Shown here one piece after another: positions 9,312 through 19,303 of a stretch of 64,000 nt of DNA. Source of the DNA: Kiritimatiellia bacterium. Lineage in GTDB: Bacteria > Verrucomicrobiota > Kiritimatiellia > RZYC01. The DNA is taken from positions 660 to 64,659 of the forward strand of contig JAQVYB010000004.1 of assembly GCA_028708815.1 (NCBI GenBank), given 5' to 3'. The notes beneath the pieces are model-generated. The model ran no database searches and was not told the DNA's origin. It saw nothing but the letters and a program-made list of their open reading frames with translations. The number at the start of each line of letters is the position of its first letter. Positions within the stretch are counted from its first letter, which is position 1. A program made the translations under genes and the position numbers.

Positions 9312-10178
9312 ATGAGAGCATCCAGCATCAAAGACTACCAGGAACGCATCAACCGCGTGTGCCTCTTCATCCAGGAGCATTTGGCCGAACCCATGAGGCT
9401 GGCGGACCTCGCGGCCTGCGCGTGTTTTTCCCCCTTCCACTTCCACCGCATTTTCCTGGCTCACACCGGCGAAACGCTCAACGCACATATACGCCGCCTA
9501 CGCCTCGAACGCGCCGCCCAGCACCTCCTTCACTCCTCCAACGCCATCACCGATATCGCCCTCGACGCCGGCTACGAAACACCCTCCGCCTTCAACAAAG
9601 CCTTCGCCCAGCACTTCAATTGCACCCCCTCCCATTTCCGGAAAGCAAAAAACAACCACCTGTTGCTGCAGCAGCGGATGGTCATTGTTCAAACCAGAAA
9701 GGAAATAAAACCCATGAAACCAGAACTGAAAACAACCGAGCCGACCCAGGTGCTCTATGTGAGAAAAACCGGGAAATACAGCGACAGCGCCATGCAGGCC
9801 TGGCAGGCCCTTTGTGCATTTGCCGGGCCTAAAGGACTCCTCGGCCCCGGCGTGGACTGCATCGGTATCTCCCACGACGACCCCTGCATAACCCCTGAAG
9901 ACAAACTGCGCTACGACGCCTGCATCACAATGAAAGCCGAGGTGCAACCCGAGGGGGAAGCCGGCGTTCAAACCATACCGGGCGGACGCTATGCTATCTT
10001 CATGCATAAGGGCTCCTACGATACATTGCTCGAGACCTACGGGTTCATCTTCGGCCAATGGCTGCCCGAGTCCGGCGAAAAACTGCGGGACTTCCCCTCC
10101 TTCGAGAAGTATCTGAACGACCCGCATTCCACACCCCCCGAGCAGTTGCTCACGGAAATTCACGTGCCCCTGCAATAG
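9312..10178 (+). CDS. AraC-family transcriptional regulator with C-terminal GyrI-like effector-binding domain
   Basis: AraC HTH region (RLADLAACACFSPFHFHRIF...ITDIALDAGYETPSAFNKAF) followed by a GyrI-like domain; start moved to ATG 9312 (RBS GGAG), since the ORF-track start at 9093 overlaps the dipeptidase gene. Confidence 0.8.
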   Translation: MRASSIKDYQERINRVCLFIQEHLAEPMRLADLAACACFSPFHFHRIFLAHTGETLNAHIRRLRLERAAQHLLHSSNAITDIALDAGYETPSAFNKAFAQHFNCTPSHFRKAKNNHLLLQQRMVIVQTRKEIKPMKPELKTTEPTQVLYVRKTGKYSDSAMQAWQALCAFAGPKGLLGPGVDCIGISHDDPCITPEDKLRYDACITMKAEVQPEGEAGVQTIPGGRYAIFMHKGSYDTLLETYGFIFGQWLPESGEKLRDFPSFEKYLNDPHSTPPEQLLTEIHVPLQ

Positions 10179-10349
10179 ACGCATTTCCGCACATACGAAA
10201 AAACGGCGGCCTGCTGCATTGCTGCGTGGCGGGCCGCCGGCCTCCGGCAAAAGTGAGCCCGGGGTTGAGCTTGACCTGACCGGGGAATTGAAGGTACTTT
10301 TTCCTTTTCCTTGAAGGTCGGCTGAATAACCTTTGCTCGAGGACAAACT

Positions 10350-11246
10350 ATGCGCAAATACTTGATGGGATGGGTTGTGTTGCTCCTGCTTGGCACCACC
10401 AACGGCTTCGCCCGGGAAGGCTTTGTCGAGGTGACCCACCAGGACTTACTGGACTATCCCCAGAAATACTGGTCACAAAGTATTATCTTTCAGGACGAAC
10501 TGCTCTCCGCCCCGCAGGGCGATACCATCACCATCGCCTCCAAGCGCTACGATACCTTCCAAACCGCCAACCTGGGAAACTGTTATGCCGAAGAGGATCT
10601 CGTCCCCGAGCTGCAACGCGGCGAACCGGGCGCGCAATACCTTTTCCAGGGCACGGTCCTTCACCAACCCTCTTCCTTCTTCAGCCGAAGCCCATCCTTC
10701 TACGTGGTCGTGCAGCGAATGTCCCGCGTAGTCAATGCCGCCGGACAGGTCCAGGACGTCTTCAGCAGCGAACAAAAAACCCTGTCCCCCGACTCCGAAG
10801 CGCTCATGCGCCGCATTCAGCAGGATCTCATTAACTATGCCCGAAAAAATAAAGTAAGCATGGGCGAACTCTTTGCCCCCGATTTTCCCCAACGCGAGAT
10901 GGTATACAATATTATTTATTCAGGCGTATCGGCCGTGGAACAGCAGTACAACACCAATGCTCGAAAAATGCTCGGCGATTTCGTGGCCGAAGTCTTTGAA
11001 CTTGAATTCGGAAAGGCAGATCGGATCTACGTCTCGCAAACGATGCCCGCCCCGGAAGCCGGCGCCCAACCCGAACCCCTCCTTCCCGGACTCGACCAAA
11101 CGTTCGCCCCATCACCCGAACCCAAACCAACCACGGCGCCCGACACCGAAGATCACACCGAAGCACTCCGGCGCCGGGCCGCCGCCATGCTGAAACCAGG
11201 CCTTCGACCACTCCCGACTCCGGCACCTGAATCCAATCTGCCCTGA
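10350..11246 (+). CDS. Secreted hypothetical protein with Pro-rich C-terminus
   Basis: N-terminal signal peptide (MRKYLMGWVVLLLLGTTNGFA); no recognisable domain; PEP/PT-rich tail. Confidence 0.5.
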   Translation: MRKYLMGWVVLLLLGTTNGFAREGFVEVTHQDLLDYPQKYWSQSIIFQDELLSAPQGDTITIASKRYDTFQTANLGNCYAEEDLVPELQRGEPGAQYLFQGTVLHQPSSFFSRSPSFYVVVQRMSRVVNAAGQVQDVFSSEQKTLSPDSEALMRRIQQDLINYARKNKVSMGELFAPDFPQREMVYNIIYSGVSAVEQQYNTNARKMLGDFVAEVFELEFGKADRIYVSQTMPAPEAGAQPEPLLPGLDQTFAPSPEPKPTTAPDTEDHTEALRRRAAAMLKPGLRPLPTPAPESNLP

Positions 11247-11353
11247 CCCACGCGCGAGGGCTCCAGATACCGAACAAAACAGAAGGCGAGCGGCCTGCTA
11301 ACCGAGCAACCGGCACTTATTCAGCCTCGAACAGCGTAAAGACGGGGCACTGT

Positions 11354-14300
11354 TTATTTGCTCGTTTCCTGAATCCGGTAGAAGCGGTAGGCATCCAGCG
11401 CGGGCGGATTGGTGTAGCTGTTCAACAGGTCCAGAGCGGGCAGATTGGTCACCACCGACACAAAGGCATCGGAATCGGTCAGATCTTCCGCGCTTTCGAC
11501 ATCGACGGAATGATCCGCGGGCCCCTGCCAGATCAGGGCCGGACAACCATCCGGCATGTTTATGGCACGCACAAGCAGCGGAATACTGAAGGCAATTTCA
11601 TACTGACCGGTCTGAACGCCATCGACGTCGGGAAAAATGGAGAGATAAAGCGGCGCGGCCCCGGATGGCACATCGAGGGCCCCATTTCCCTGCCGTTCGG
11701 CCAGGAGCGAGGCATCGGTCGAGTCGCACACGCACATCCGGAAATTCGTCGGCGCGCCGGAGAGGGTCGCTTCGTAAACCACATTGGAAATACCCCCCAC
11801 AGGCGCTCCGGGAAGGTCGGGCTGAATTTCATACCACTGCGCAATGCCCGCGCGGCTGACGGTTCCGGTGAGCGAAGCTTCGACCGGCAGCGCGGCCGCA
11901 TTGGTCGACCAGGGAGACGGGTAGTCGAGTGTCATATTGGTCAGGCAGGATGGCACGGGGTTTTGGTTGGGGTTCGCCAAGAAGTTGCGAACGGTCTGGA
12001 GAGGGCAGTCACCGCCGAACAGGACGCCATGACCCACGGTGGGGACGATGACCAGCCAGCCGTTCGGCAGGTGCGAAGCGACTTCGGCGGCCCAGTTGGT
12101 ACCGGTCTGCGTGTCGTAGGTTCCGTTGATGACCAGGGTGGGCATGTTGACGGTGACCGGATTGGTGAAGGAGGAATCGGCTTGTCCGAGGGGGTCAAAC
12201 AAGGCGGCCGCATCCACGACATCCTGCATAAAATTGAGGTTGAGTTGGCGCAGAAGCGGGGGCAGGTCGGCACATGCATTGGAGGCGGCTTCCATGGAGT
12301 CGAACGGCAGGATGTCGTGCTTGAATATCATCATTTGCATTCCCGCGCTTTGGACGCCAGAGATAAAGACATTGGTGTCCGCGTGGATATCGGTGTGCAG
12401 TTCGGAAAGCGCGGCGGTTTCCCCGGCGGAAGCTCGCCAGGTGATGTTGGGAATTCGTTCGCGGCTGCCAATATCGGATAGGGTCATTTGGTTCAGAACG
12501 GCATTGAGATAGTCCAGCCCATTCATTTCGTTGGTGATGCCGGAGTATTGGAGGGTGACGGGATGGTTTTGCAGATTGGTGGCGAGGGTGTATAAGGTCG
12601 TCGAGAAGCTGGGATACCAGACGGAGGCGCTGGGATGCGCGGCGATGTCGGCAAAGAGGGCGTTGAGGGCGTCGTTGCGGATGGGGCCGCGTTGACTGAG
12701 AAACGGGATGTTTGCGGCCACAACGCCGTCCAGGATCACAGCGCGGAGCCAGGCGGGTTCGCGGCGCATGAGGGTTTGAGCGAGCAGGGTGCCGTAGGAT
12801 ACGCCATGCAGATTGACGTTGGTAAGGGCAAAGACGGCGGCGAGGTTGTCGAGGTCGTAGGTGGATTCGCTGGTGTTGATGGCGGAGAGGTCGGCGTCTT
12901 GCAGCATGATGAGGCGGTATTGCATGGCGGCGGGGGCTTCCTGTTCGCCAAAATTCACGTCGGGCTGAGAATAGCCGATGCCGCGCTGATCGATCAGGTA
13001 CACATCATAATCGTTGGTTAAGGATTTAAGGAAATACTGATAGGCGCATCGGATCCCGCTGTCGCCCGGTCCGCCGTTGCAGAAGAAAAAGGGCTGGGCG
13101 TCAGGATTGGGCGATTTCATGCAGGCGACGGCGATTTTAAGGAGATTGCCGGTCTGATTGGTCCGGTTCTCGTGAACGAATACATGTCCGAAATCGAGGT
13201 CGCCGTAGAGAGCCGCTTTTTCGATGAGATCGTCGGGCCAATCCTGCGCTGCGAGTTGCTGATAGAAGGGAATGGTGTTCGTGTGCAGGGTCAGGCTCCA
13301 TGGGCCGACGTTGGTTCCGTTGCGCACGACGCCGGCCATAAGCGGAGCGGGTTGGTCGGGATCATGCTGGAACGCATGAGCACTGTTGGCCTGACCGATG
13401 TACGCGAAGTTGGTGTCGTAGAGGTAGGTGGTCAGATCGCACGACGAGGCCAGATCAATCGTCAGGGACTGATTGGTCGCGGACGGAATCTGAAACCAAT
13501 ACACTTCATCGCCGGCAGTCACTCCGTTCGTGGAGGTGCCGGGCGTGAGAACAGGAATGCCTTCCTGGGAGCGATAGTGAACGCCCATGAAAGCGAGGGT
13601 GTCGCCATTCGCCTGGAGGGCGGAGCCTTTGTTGCGTCCGAGTCCGGCGGCAAAAGCGAGTGAATCATTGGTGGCAACCATAACATAGACTTCTTCTGCC
13701 AGGAGAAGGAGCAAGTTGTCTTTGGTGAACAGCTCCATGATGGGGACGGTGAGTTCGCCGGGGAAAAGCCAGGAAATGTCGTCGGGATACATATCGGTGG
13801 CCCACCAGGTTCCGAGGCGATTGGACCAGGCGGAGTCGAAGCCGTTGATATCGGCAGCGCGTTCGCCGCGTATCATCGTATTGGCCACACCGTCGGAAAA
13901 ATATTTCATCACGCAGAGGGTGCGCCCCACGGTTTGTGTGAACAAAAGCTGTGTGCTGTAATCATTGGTGGGGGTGAACCATCCGTTATCGCGATAGACC
14001 AGCACTCGATCATTGACATCGTCATTCTGTTTATCGAGGTGTCCGACCAGCCCAACCGCATTGGTTTCGAAGACGTCATATCCCGAACCGGTCACGAAAA
14101 CGCCGCCTGTGGCCAGGGCGATGATTTCCGGCGGAGCAACAGCGGCGGCGGGCGTTCCGGGATCGCAGGAGTCCGGCGGGGGAATACCGGTTTTTTCTTC
14201 GTAGGCCCACTTCAGCGTGCTGTCCACGATTTGCCCGTTGAACGCGACGGCCTCGGCGGTATTCCAGGAGATGAAGCAACCGAGCTGCGCCTCCGACGCC

Positions 14301-16804
14301 ACGCGCATGAGCGTACGGAAATAGAGGGTTCCCCCATCATGCCAGCAGACCTTCCCCAGATAAGAGAGCCAGGGCGGATCAAGAACAAAACCAATCCCCA
14401 TGTTCATCATGGTGAAAAACTGATCGAGCGAGATATCGGCGTTTTGTTTGACCCACATGGTTTGCAGCGTGGCATTGGAAATGATGCGGCCGTTTTCCCC
14501 CAGGCCGCCCGCCAGGAGCATTTTCATGTAGCGGGCCATATCGGACGACGTGGTAAGAATGGACCCGGCAATATCGAGATTGCAAAACTCATCGGGTTTC
14601 TTTAGGCCGTCCATGTACGGGCGGGCGATTTTCTGGAAATCATAATCGGCGGATCGGCGCAGCGTGGAATTGGTCATGCCCATGCGCAAAAACAGATTGG
14701 AACTTACATACTCCGCCGCATTCATGCCGGAAAGATGTTCGATGGCCAAATCCATCATGACCAGACCGCTGTTGTTATACGACCAGTAGGTGTTCGTCGG
14801 CATGAGTGTGTATTCGGCGGCCAGCAGCATCTCGACCTGTTCAGGCGCGTCGACATGGGGCCGCACGGTAAAGCCGCCATTGAACACATCGCCGGGAACG
14901 CCCGAATGATGCGTCAGGATCGTGCGCGGCGTAATCACGTTGTCCGCAAAACGCTGATGAATCGAGAAAGACGGCAATGCATTTGTGAGCGGAGCATCCA
15001 GATCCAGCAGCCCCTGCTCCACCAGTTGCATAGAAGCAATCGCTCCAAACGTTTTGGAGCAGGAGCCGATCATAAAGACGGTGTCTTTTGTGGCGACGAT
15101 TTGGTTTTCGCGATCGGCATACCCAAAACCGGTTTCCAGAACCGTATGCGGACCGTCCACGAAAGAAAACCCGCATCCCACCAGATCGTTTTCGGCCATC
15201 AGATTCGTGACGAGTGCGGTTACACGGGCGATGGTGTTGGTATAATTGTAGAGGCGAATGCTTGCCGGGGTGTCGGTTTCGGAAGAAATACACAGCCGGT
15301 AGGTGCCGGGGGAGGAACAGGTCCAACCCAGACTGTTGGTAAAAGCCTGCCCTGCGGCGGGGTCAACGGCAGGAGAAAGTTCAAGCCGAATATCGGCGAT
15401 TGCATTGCTGATGAAGACGCCGTAATAGACCTCTTTCGTAGCCGTGAAATAAAAAACATTCGTTTCATGGGCGGACAAGGTGAGGTTGGTGGTTGTTCCG
15501 TTGGCCAGTGTGGGCGTCGTGGGATAGCCCAGCGCTTCCAGGGAACGACTGGCCGCATTATACATCCCGTAAAAGCAGATCATGAAAGAAGTCATCAGAT
15601 CGCTGTAATCCACCAGCGGCAGATAGACGGCCACCGAAACATCCGTGTCCGGATTGTAAGCCATGAACGATAAATTGCCGACCCGGCAGCCGTTGTGGCC
15701 GAAACCGATATCTCTCGTAAACACACAACCGAAACCGTAATCGGCGTTGTCAGGCGAAGTGCAGGTTTGCATCAAATGCACCGATTCATTACTCAGTACG
15801 CCTTCGCCTTTCATGTTGGCGCGAATGAAACGGTTCATGGCGGGCAGCGTACCATACCCGTTTCCCTCACCCACCTGCGCGCTCATGTTGCAGTTGGAAA
15901 CAATCAGCGTGATGTTCGTCGGACGCCGCTCCGTCCCCCACATGAATGGTTCGGGCAGCGCGGTATCGGTGGCGAGATTTGGAAAACGGATTTCCGGAAA
16001 TGCCTGCGGAGCATCGCCGCCGATGACGTGGTCATAGAGATAATCCGTCAGCGTTTTATTGGTTCCACAGTGCAGCGAATAGACCCGACCAACAATCTCT
16101 GCCAGCATGGCATATCCCGTGTTGCTGTAATGATAGCCCTTGTCCGGCGAAAAATACGAAAGCTGATACACGGCATTCTGCGCGACCATTTCCTCGACCG
16201 TGAACTGATGCGTCGGATCGAGCGCGGTGATATAGTCCGTATAACTGTCGCCGCCGCACCCCGGCACCGTGTCGTTATCCACGTCGTACACCCCTGCACT
16301 GTGGCGCAAAAGCTGTTCGATGGTGATTAGATCTTTGTTCGGAATCGCCCAATTCGTCCCGGTCGGGATGTACGGTTCTGAAAATTCAGGCATACCATTT
16401 GTGATCGGATCGGTGACGTTCAGCCATCCTCGCTGCTGCATATCCAGCACGGCAGTCGCCGTGAAATTCTTGGTGTTGCTCGCGAAACGAAACGTCATGT
16501 TGGTCGTCAGCGCCAACTCCGGCGTTTCGGACGACGAAGCAAAAAAGGTCTCGTTCGAGGTCTGCAGGCAGATGCTCAGCGATGGCACGGAATTAGAAAG
16601 CGACGCCTTCATCTCCAACCACACGGCATGCACGGCATTTGAAACCTTTTCGCTGTCTGTTTGCGCCCAAACAGGCGGCAAAACGACGCAATGCATTGCC
16701 AGAAACAACGTGCCCATCATTGAGCGTCCGCGGATGCGTGAGCATCGGGGAAAAATGGCGTTAAACACGATGCGAATAGAAGAAAACACAGCATTCATAT
16801 TCAT
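11354..16804 (-). CDS. Giant secreted multi-hydrolase: two beta-lactamase/transpeptidase-like domains plus an alpha/beta-hydrolase (peptidase S33 / TAP-like) domain
   Basis: Signal peptide; S-x-x-K motifs ASNTKNF and GSCSKTF with downstream YSNTG (beta-lactamase class); S33-like region FFFCNGGPGDSG ... GVSYGTLLAQ (GxSxG nucleophile); strong RBS AAGAGGAG before ATG 16804. Confidence 0.75.
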   Translation of the reverse strand: MNMNAVFSSIRIVFNAIFPRCSRIRGRSMMGTLFLAMHCVVLPPVWAQTDSEKVSNAVHAVWLEMKASLSNSVPSLSICLQTSNETFFASSSETPELALTTNMTFRFASNTKNFTATAVLDMQQRGWLNVTDPITNGMPEFSEPYIPTGTNWAIPNKDLITIEQLLRHSAGVYDVDNDTVPGCGGDSYTDYITALDPTHQFTVEEMVAQNAVYQLSYFSPDKGYHYSNTGYAMLAEIVGRVYSLHCGTNKTLTDYLYDHVIGGDAPQAFPEIRFPNLATDTALPEPFMWGTERRPTNITLIVSNCNMSAQVGEGNGYGTLPAMNRFIRANMKGEGVLSNESVHLMQTCTSPDNADYGFGCVFTRDIGFGHNGCRVGNLSFMAYNPDTDVSVAVYLPLVDYSDLMTSFMICFYGMYNAASRSLEALGYPTTPTLANGTTTNLTLSAHETNVFYFTATKEVYYGVFISNAIADIRLELSPAVDPAAGQAFTNSLGWTCSSPGTYRLCISSETDTPASIRLYNYTNTIARVTALVTNLMAENDLVGCGFSFVDGPHTVLETGFGYADRENQIVATKDTVFMIGSCSKTFGAIASMQLVEQGLLDLDAPLTNALPSFSIHQRFADNVITPRTILTHHSGVPGDVFNGGFTVRPHVDAPEQVEMLLAAEYTLMPTNTYWSYNNSGLVMMDLAIEHLSGMNAAEYVSSNLFLRMGMTNSTLRRSADYDFQKIARPYMDGLKKPDEFCNLDIAGSILTTSSDMARYMKMLLAGGLGENGRIISNATLQTMWVKQNADISLDQFFTMMNMGIGFVLDPPWLSYLGKVCWHDGGTLYFRTLMRVASEAQLGCFISWNTAEAVAFNGQIVDSTLKWAYEEKTGIPPPDSCDPGTPAAAVAPPEIIALATGGVFVTGSGYDVFETNAVGLVGHLDKQNDDVNDRVLVYRDNGWFTPTNDYSTQLLFTQTVGRTLCVMKYFSDGVANTMIRGERAADINGFDSAWSNRLGTWWATDMYPDDISWLFPGELTVPIMELFTKDNLLLLLAEEVYVMVATNDSLAFAAGLGRNKGSALQANGDTLAFMGVHYRSQEGIPVLTPGTSTNGVTAGDEVYWFQIPSATNQSLTIDLASSCDLTTYLYDTNFAYIGQANSAHAFQHDPDQPAPLMAGVVRNGTNVGPWSLTLHTNTIPFYQQLAAQDWPDDLIEKAALYGDLDFGHVFVHENRTNQTGNLLKIAVACMKSPNPDAQPFFFCNGGPGDSGIRCAYQYFLKSLTNDYDVYLIDQRGIGYSQPDVNFGEQEAPAAMQYRLIMLQDADLSAINTSESTYDLDNLAAVFALTNVNLHGVSYGTLLAQTLMRREPAWLRAVILDGVVAANIPFLSQRGPIRNDALNALFADIAAHPSASVWYPSFSTTLYTLATNLQNHPVTLQYSGITNEMNGLDYLNAVLNQMTLSDIGSRERIPNITWRASAGETAALSELHTDIHADTNVFISGVQSAGMQMMIFKHDILPFDSMEAASNACADLPPLLRQLNLNFMQDVVDAAALFDPLGQADSSFTNPVTVNMPTLVINGTYDTQTGTNWAAEVASHLPNGWLVIVPTVGHGVLFGGDCPLQTVRNFLANPNQNPVPSCLTNMTLDYPSPWSTNAAALPVEASLTGTVSRAGIAQWYEIQPDLPGAPVGGISNVVYEATLSGAPTNFRMCVCDSTDASLLAERQGNGALDVPSGAAPLYLSIFPDVDGVQTGQYEIAFSIPLLVRAINMPDGCPALIWQGPADHSVDVESAEDLTDSDAFVSVVTNLPALDLLNSYTNPPALDAYRFYRIQETSK

Positions 16805-17138
16805 ACTGAGAGCACTCCTCTTATGTCATAAGTAAATAGACCTCTGGCACCATATTTTCAGCGACTTCGGAACGACCAGGAAATACTACACCATTCAAGA
16901 ATAAAATGTGATTTGTATACGCCAAGCACTGACATCCTAGTCTCCTGTATTGGCCTGACAAACTAAATATGAATCATAATTGAGGGGTGACGAATGAAAA
17001 GACCACTGCTCTAACGGCAAGAAGTTATGTCATCGGTTGATAAAGATGGGCCGGGAACACTTCCCCTTGTTTTCGATCCTGTTCACCCCCATCTTTTGCT
17101 TGCATAACACCCCCAACCCCTGCAAGCTTCGCCCAACC

Positions 17139-17588
17139 ATGACAACACAACCAAAAGACCAAGATAAGTCCATGATTCCCGACCTGCAATCCAGCGTTAT
17201 CTGCGATGATGTCCGCCAGGAACGGAACGGAAAATTCATGCTGATCGGCCTCTTTGATGCCATTGGCGCACCCGAACTGCCCCTCCGCTATCCCCGCCTC
17301 TTTGCGGTCACCCGCTGGTGCAGCGGTGAAGGAAATTTCATCCAGCACACCCGCATACTCCAACCGGACCAAAGCAACGTGCTGATTGAAGGCAAGGACA
17401 TACCCGTCACCCTCAACAATCCCGAATCCTCCGCCACCAATGTCGAGGTGTTCGTCAATGTCACCTTCGAGCAGGAAGGAACCTACTGGATCGAAATTCT
17501 GCTGGATGGCGATATTAAAATACGCTATCCCTTGCGCGTTGGAAAGGTTCAGCCACAACCCGGGCAACCCCCTTTCCCCCCGGCCTGA
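17139..17588 (+). CDS. Hypothetical protein
   Basis: Coding-like ORF upstream of and co-oriented with ETF-QO; start set at the internal ATG 17139 (the ORF-track start at 17037 lies in AT-rich spacer); no recognisable domain. Confidence 0.4.
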   Translation: MTTQPKDQDKSMIPDLQSSVICDDVRQERNGKFMLIGLFDAIGAPELPLRYPRLFAVTRWCSGEGNFIQHTRILQPDQSNVLIEGKDIPVTLNNPESSATNVEVFVNVTFEQEGTYWIEILLDGDIKIRYPLRVGKVQPQPGQPPFPPA

Positions 17589-17619
17589 CAGACCGGACAA
17601 ACGGCAGGAATAACGCATC

Positions 17620-19269
17620 ATGAGCGACGAAACACAACGCGACATACTGGACGTGGACGTGGTTTGCGTGGGAGCCGGCATCGCCTCCCTGAGCACCGCC
17701 CTGCAGTTTCTGAAAAGAGCCGCCGCCGAACCCGAATCCGAGCCGCCGACCGTCCTCATCCTGGAAAAAGGGCTCTATCCCGGAGCGCACATCCTATCCG
17801 GGGCCGTGGTGGATTCCGAGCCGCTCAAACGCCTCCTCTCCGAAGACGAATTCAACGCCCTGCCCTTCTACGATTCCGTTCGATCGGAGAAATTCGCCTA
17901 TCTTACACCCCGTCATGCGCTGAATCTTCCGCTAACGCCCCCCCCCATGAAGGCCCTGGGCCTTCCGATCGCATCCCTTTCGGACCTCACCCGCCATCTC
18001 GCCGAACTCTGCGAGGCGCACGGCGCGGAAGTCTATTCTGAAATGCCGGTCGCCTCGCTGCTGGAAAAAGAAGGCCGCATCATCGGCGTACGCCTCGGTG
18101 ACAAAGGGGTGGACAAAGAAGGCCACCCAAAAAGTAATTTTGAACCGGGCGCGGACGTACACGCCCACATGGTCATCCTCGGCGAAGGGGCGCAGGGCGT
18201 ACTCACCAGCCAACTGATCGAACAGCAGGGACTCGACGCGGGCACCAACGAACAAGCCTATGCCATCGGCCTAAAGGAAGTCTTCGAAATCCCCGCCGCG
18301 CCCGAGCGCGTCGGCCACATCATGCACACCTTCGGCTACCCGCTCCCGCAGGATATGTACGGCGGTGGATTTCTGTACTGTCTCGACGCCACGCATGTAG
18401 CCGTCGGACTCGTCATCGCCCTCGATTACCGTCGCCCCGAAATCAATCCCCACGAACTCTTTCGCGCCTACAAGGCACATCCCCGAATCAACGCCTTTCT
18501 CACCGCCGGGAAACCGGTGAGCTACGGCGCAAAAATTCTACCCGAAGGCGGACTCTACGCCCTCCCGCGTCTCATCACCGAGGGAGCCATGATTGTGGGT
18601 GATGCCGCAGGTCTGCTCGACGCCGTTCGCCTCAAAGGGGCCCACCTGGCCGTCGAATCCGGCCTCGCAGCAGGCAACGCACTCTATGCCTGCCGGGAGA
18701 ACAACGACTGGTCGTGCACGCAGGCCGCCGCCTATCCCGAAGCCCTGCAAAAAAGCCCCGGCTGGAAAAAAATGCGTCAGTATCGAAACGCGCGCCAATG
18801 GTTTGACTGGGGCCTCCTGCCCGGCATGGCCGCCATCGGCGCCGCCTTCTTCACCGCCGGAATCCTCCCACCCGGACGCAAGGCCAAAGCCCAAGATCAT
18901 CCCGTGCAACCCGCCGGAAAGAAAAAACCCGTGGCGCTCCCCACCCTCGAACGGCATGTGGAAAAATCACACCGCCTCGATATTCTATCCGACCTGTATC
19001 TCTCCGGTACCGAACATGAAGAGGACCAACCCGGCCACCTGATCATCAACAATCCCGAAATCTGCCGCGACTGCATTGAGCTTTATCAGGCCCCCTGCAC
19101 CCGCTTTTGCCCCGCGCAGGTCTATGAACTCCCCGAAGGCACCGAACGCATCACCATCCAACCCGCAAACTGCCTGCATTGCAAAACCTGCCAAATCAAA
19201 TGCGCCATGCAGAACATTGAATGGAAACTCCCCGAAGGCGGAGGAGGACCGCGCTACAAAAACATGTAG
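17620..19269 (+). CDS. Electron-transfer flavoprotein-ubiquinone oxidoreductase (ETF-QO, FixC-like)
   Basis: N-terminal FAD fold DVVCVGAGIASLS; C-terminal 4Fe-4S ferredoxin-like region CRDCIELYQAPCTRFCPAQVY...CLHCKTCQIKC; length ~549 aa typical of ETF-QO. Confidence 0.9.
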   Translation: MSDETQRDILDVDVVCVGAGIASLSTALQFLKRAAAEPESEPPTVLILEKGLYPGAHILSGAVVDSEPLKRLLSEDEFNALPFYDSVRSEKFAYLTPRHALNLPLTPPPMKALGLPIASLSDLTRHLAELCEAHGAEVYSEMPVASLLEKEGRIIGVRLGDKGVDKEGHPKSNFEPGADVHAHMVILGEGAQGVLTSQLIEQQGLDAGTNEQAYAIGLKEVFEIPAAPERVGHIMHTFGYPLPQDMYGGGFLYCLDATHVAVGLVIALDYRRPEINPHELFRAYKAHPRINAFLTAGKPVSYGAKILPEGGLYALPRLITEGAMIVGDAAGLLDAVRLKGAHLAVESGLAAGNALYACRENNDWSCTQAAAYPEALQKSPGWKKMRQYRNARQWFDWGLLPGMAAIGAAFFTAGILPPGRKAKAQDHPVQPAGKKKPVALPTLERHVEKSHRLDILSDLYLSGTEHEEDQPGHLIINNPEICRDCIELYQAPCTRFCPAQVYELPEGTERITIQPANCLHCKTCQIKCAMQNIEWKLPEGGGGPRYKNM

Positions 19270-19303
19270 TCCTGCCGCAATCCGTCGGATGCTGCACGCA
19301 GAC

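Noticed and set aside
10179-10349. GC-rich imperfect hairpin (GGCGGCC...GGCCGCC with ~20-nt loop) after the AraC gene as a terminator.
   Set aside because: The stem is short with a long loop and lacks a clear U-run. Too weak to call.
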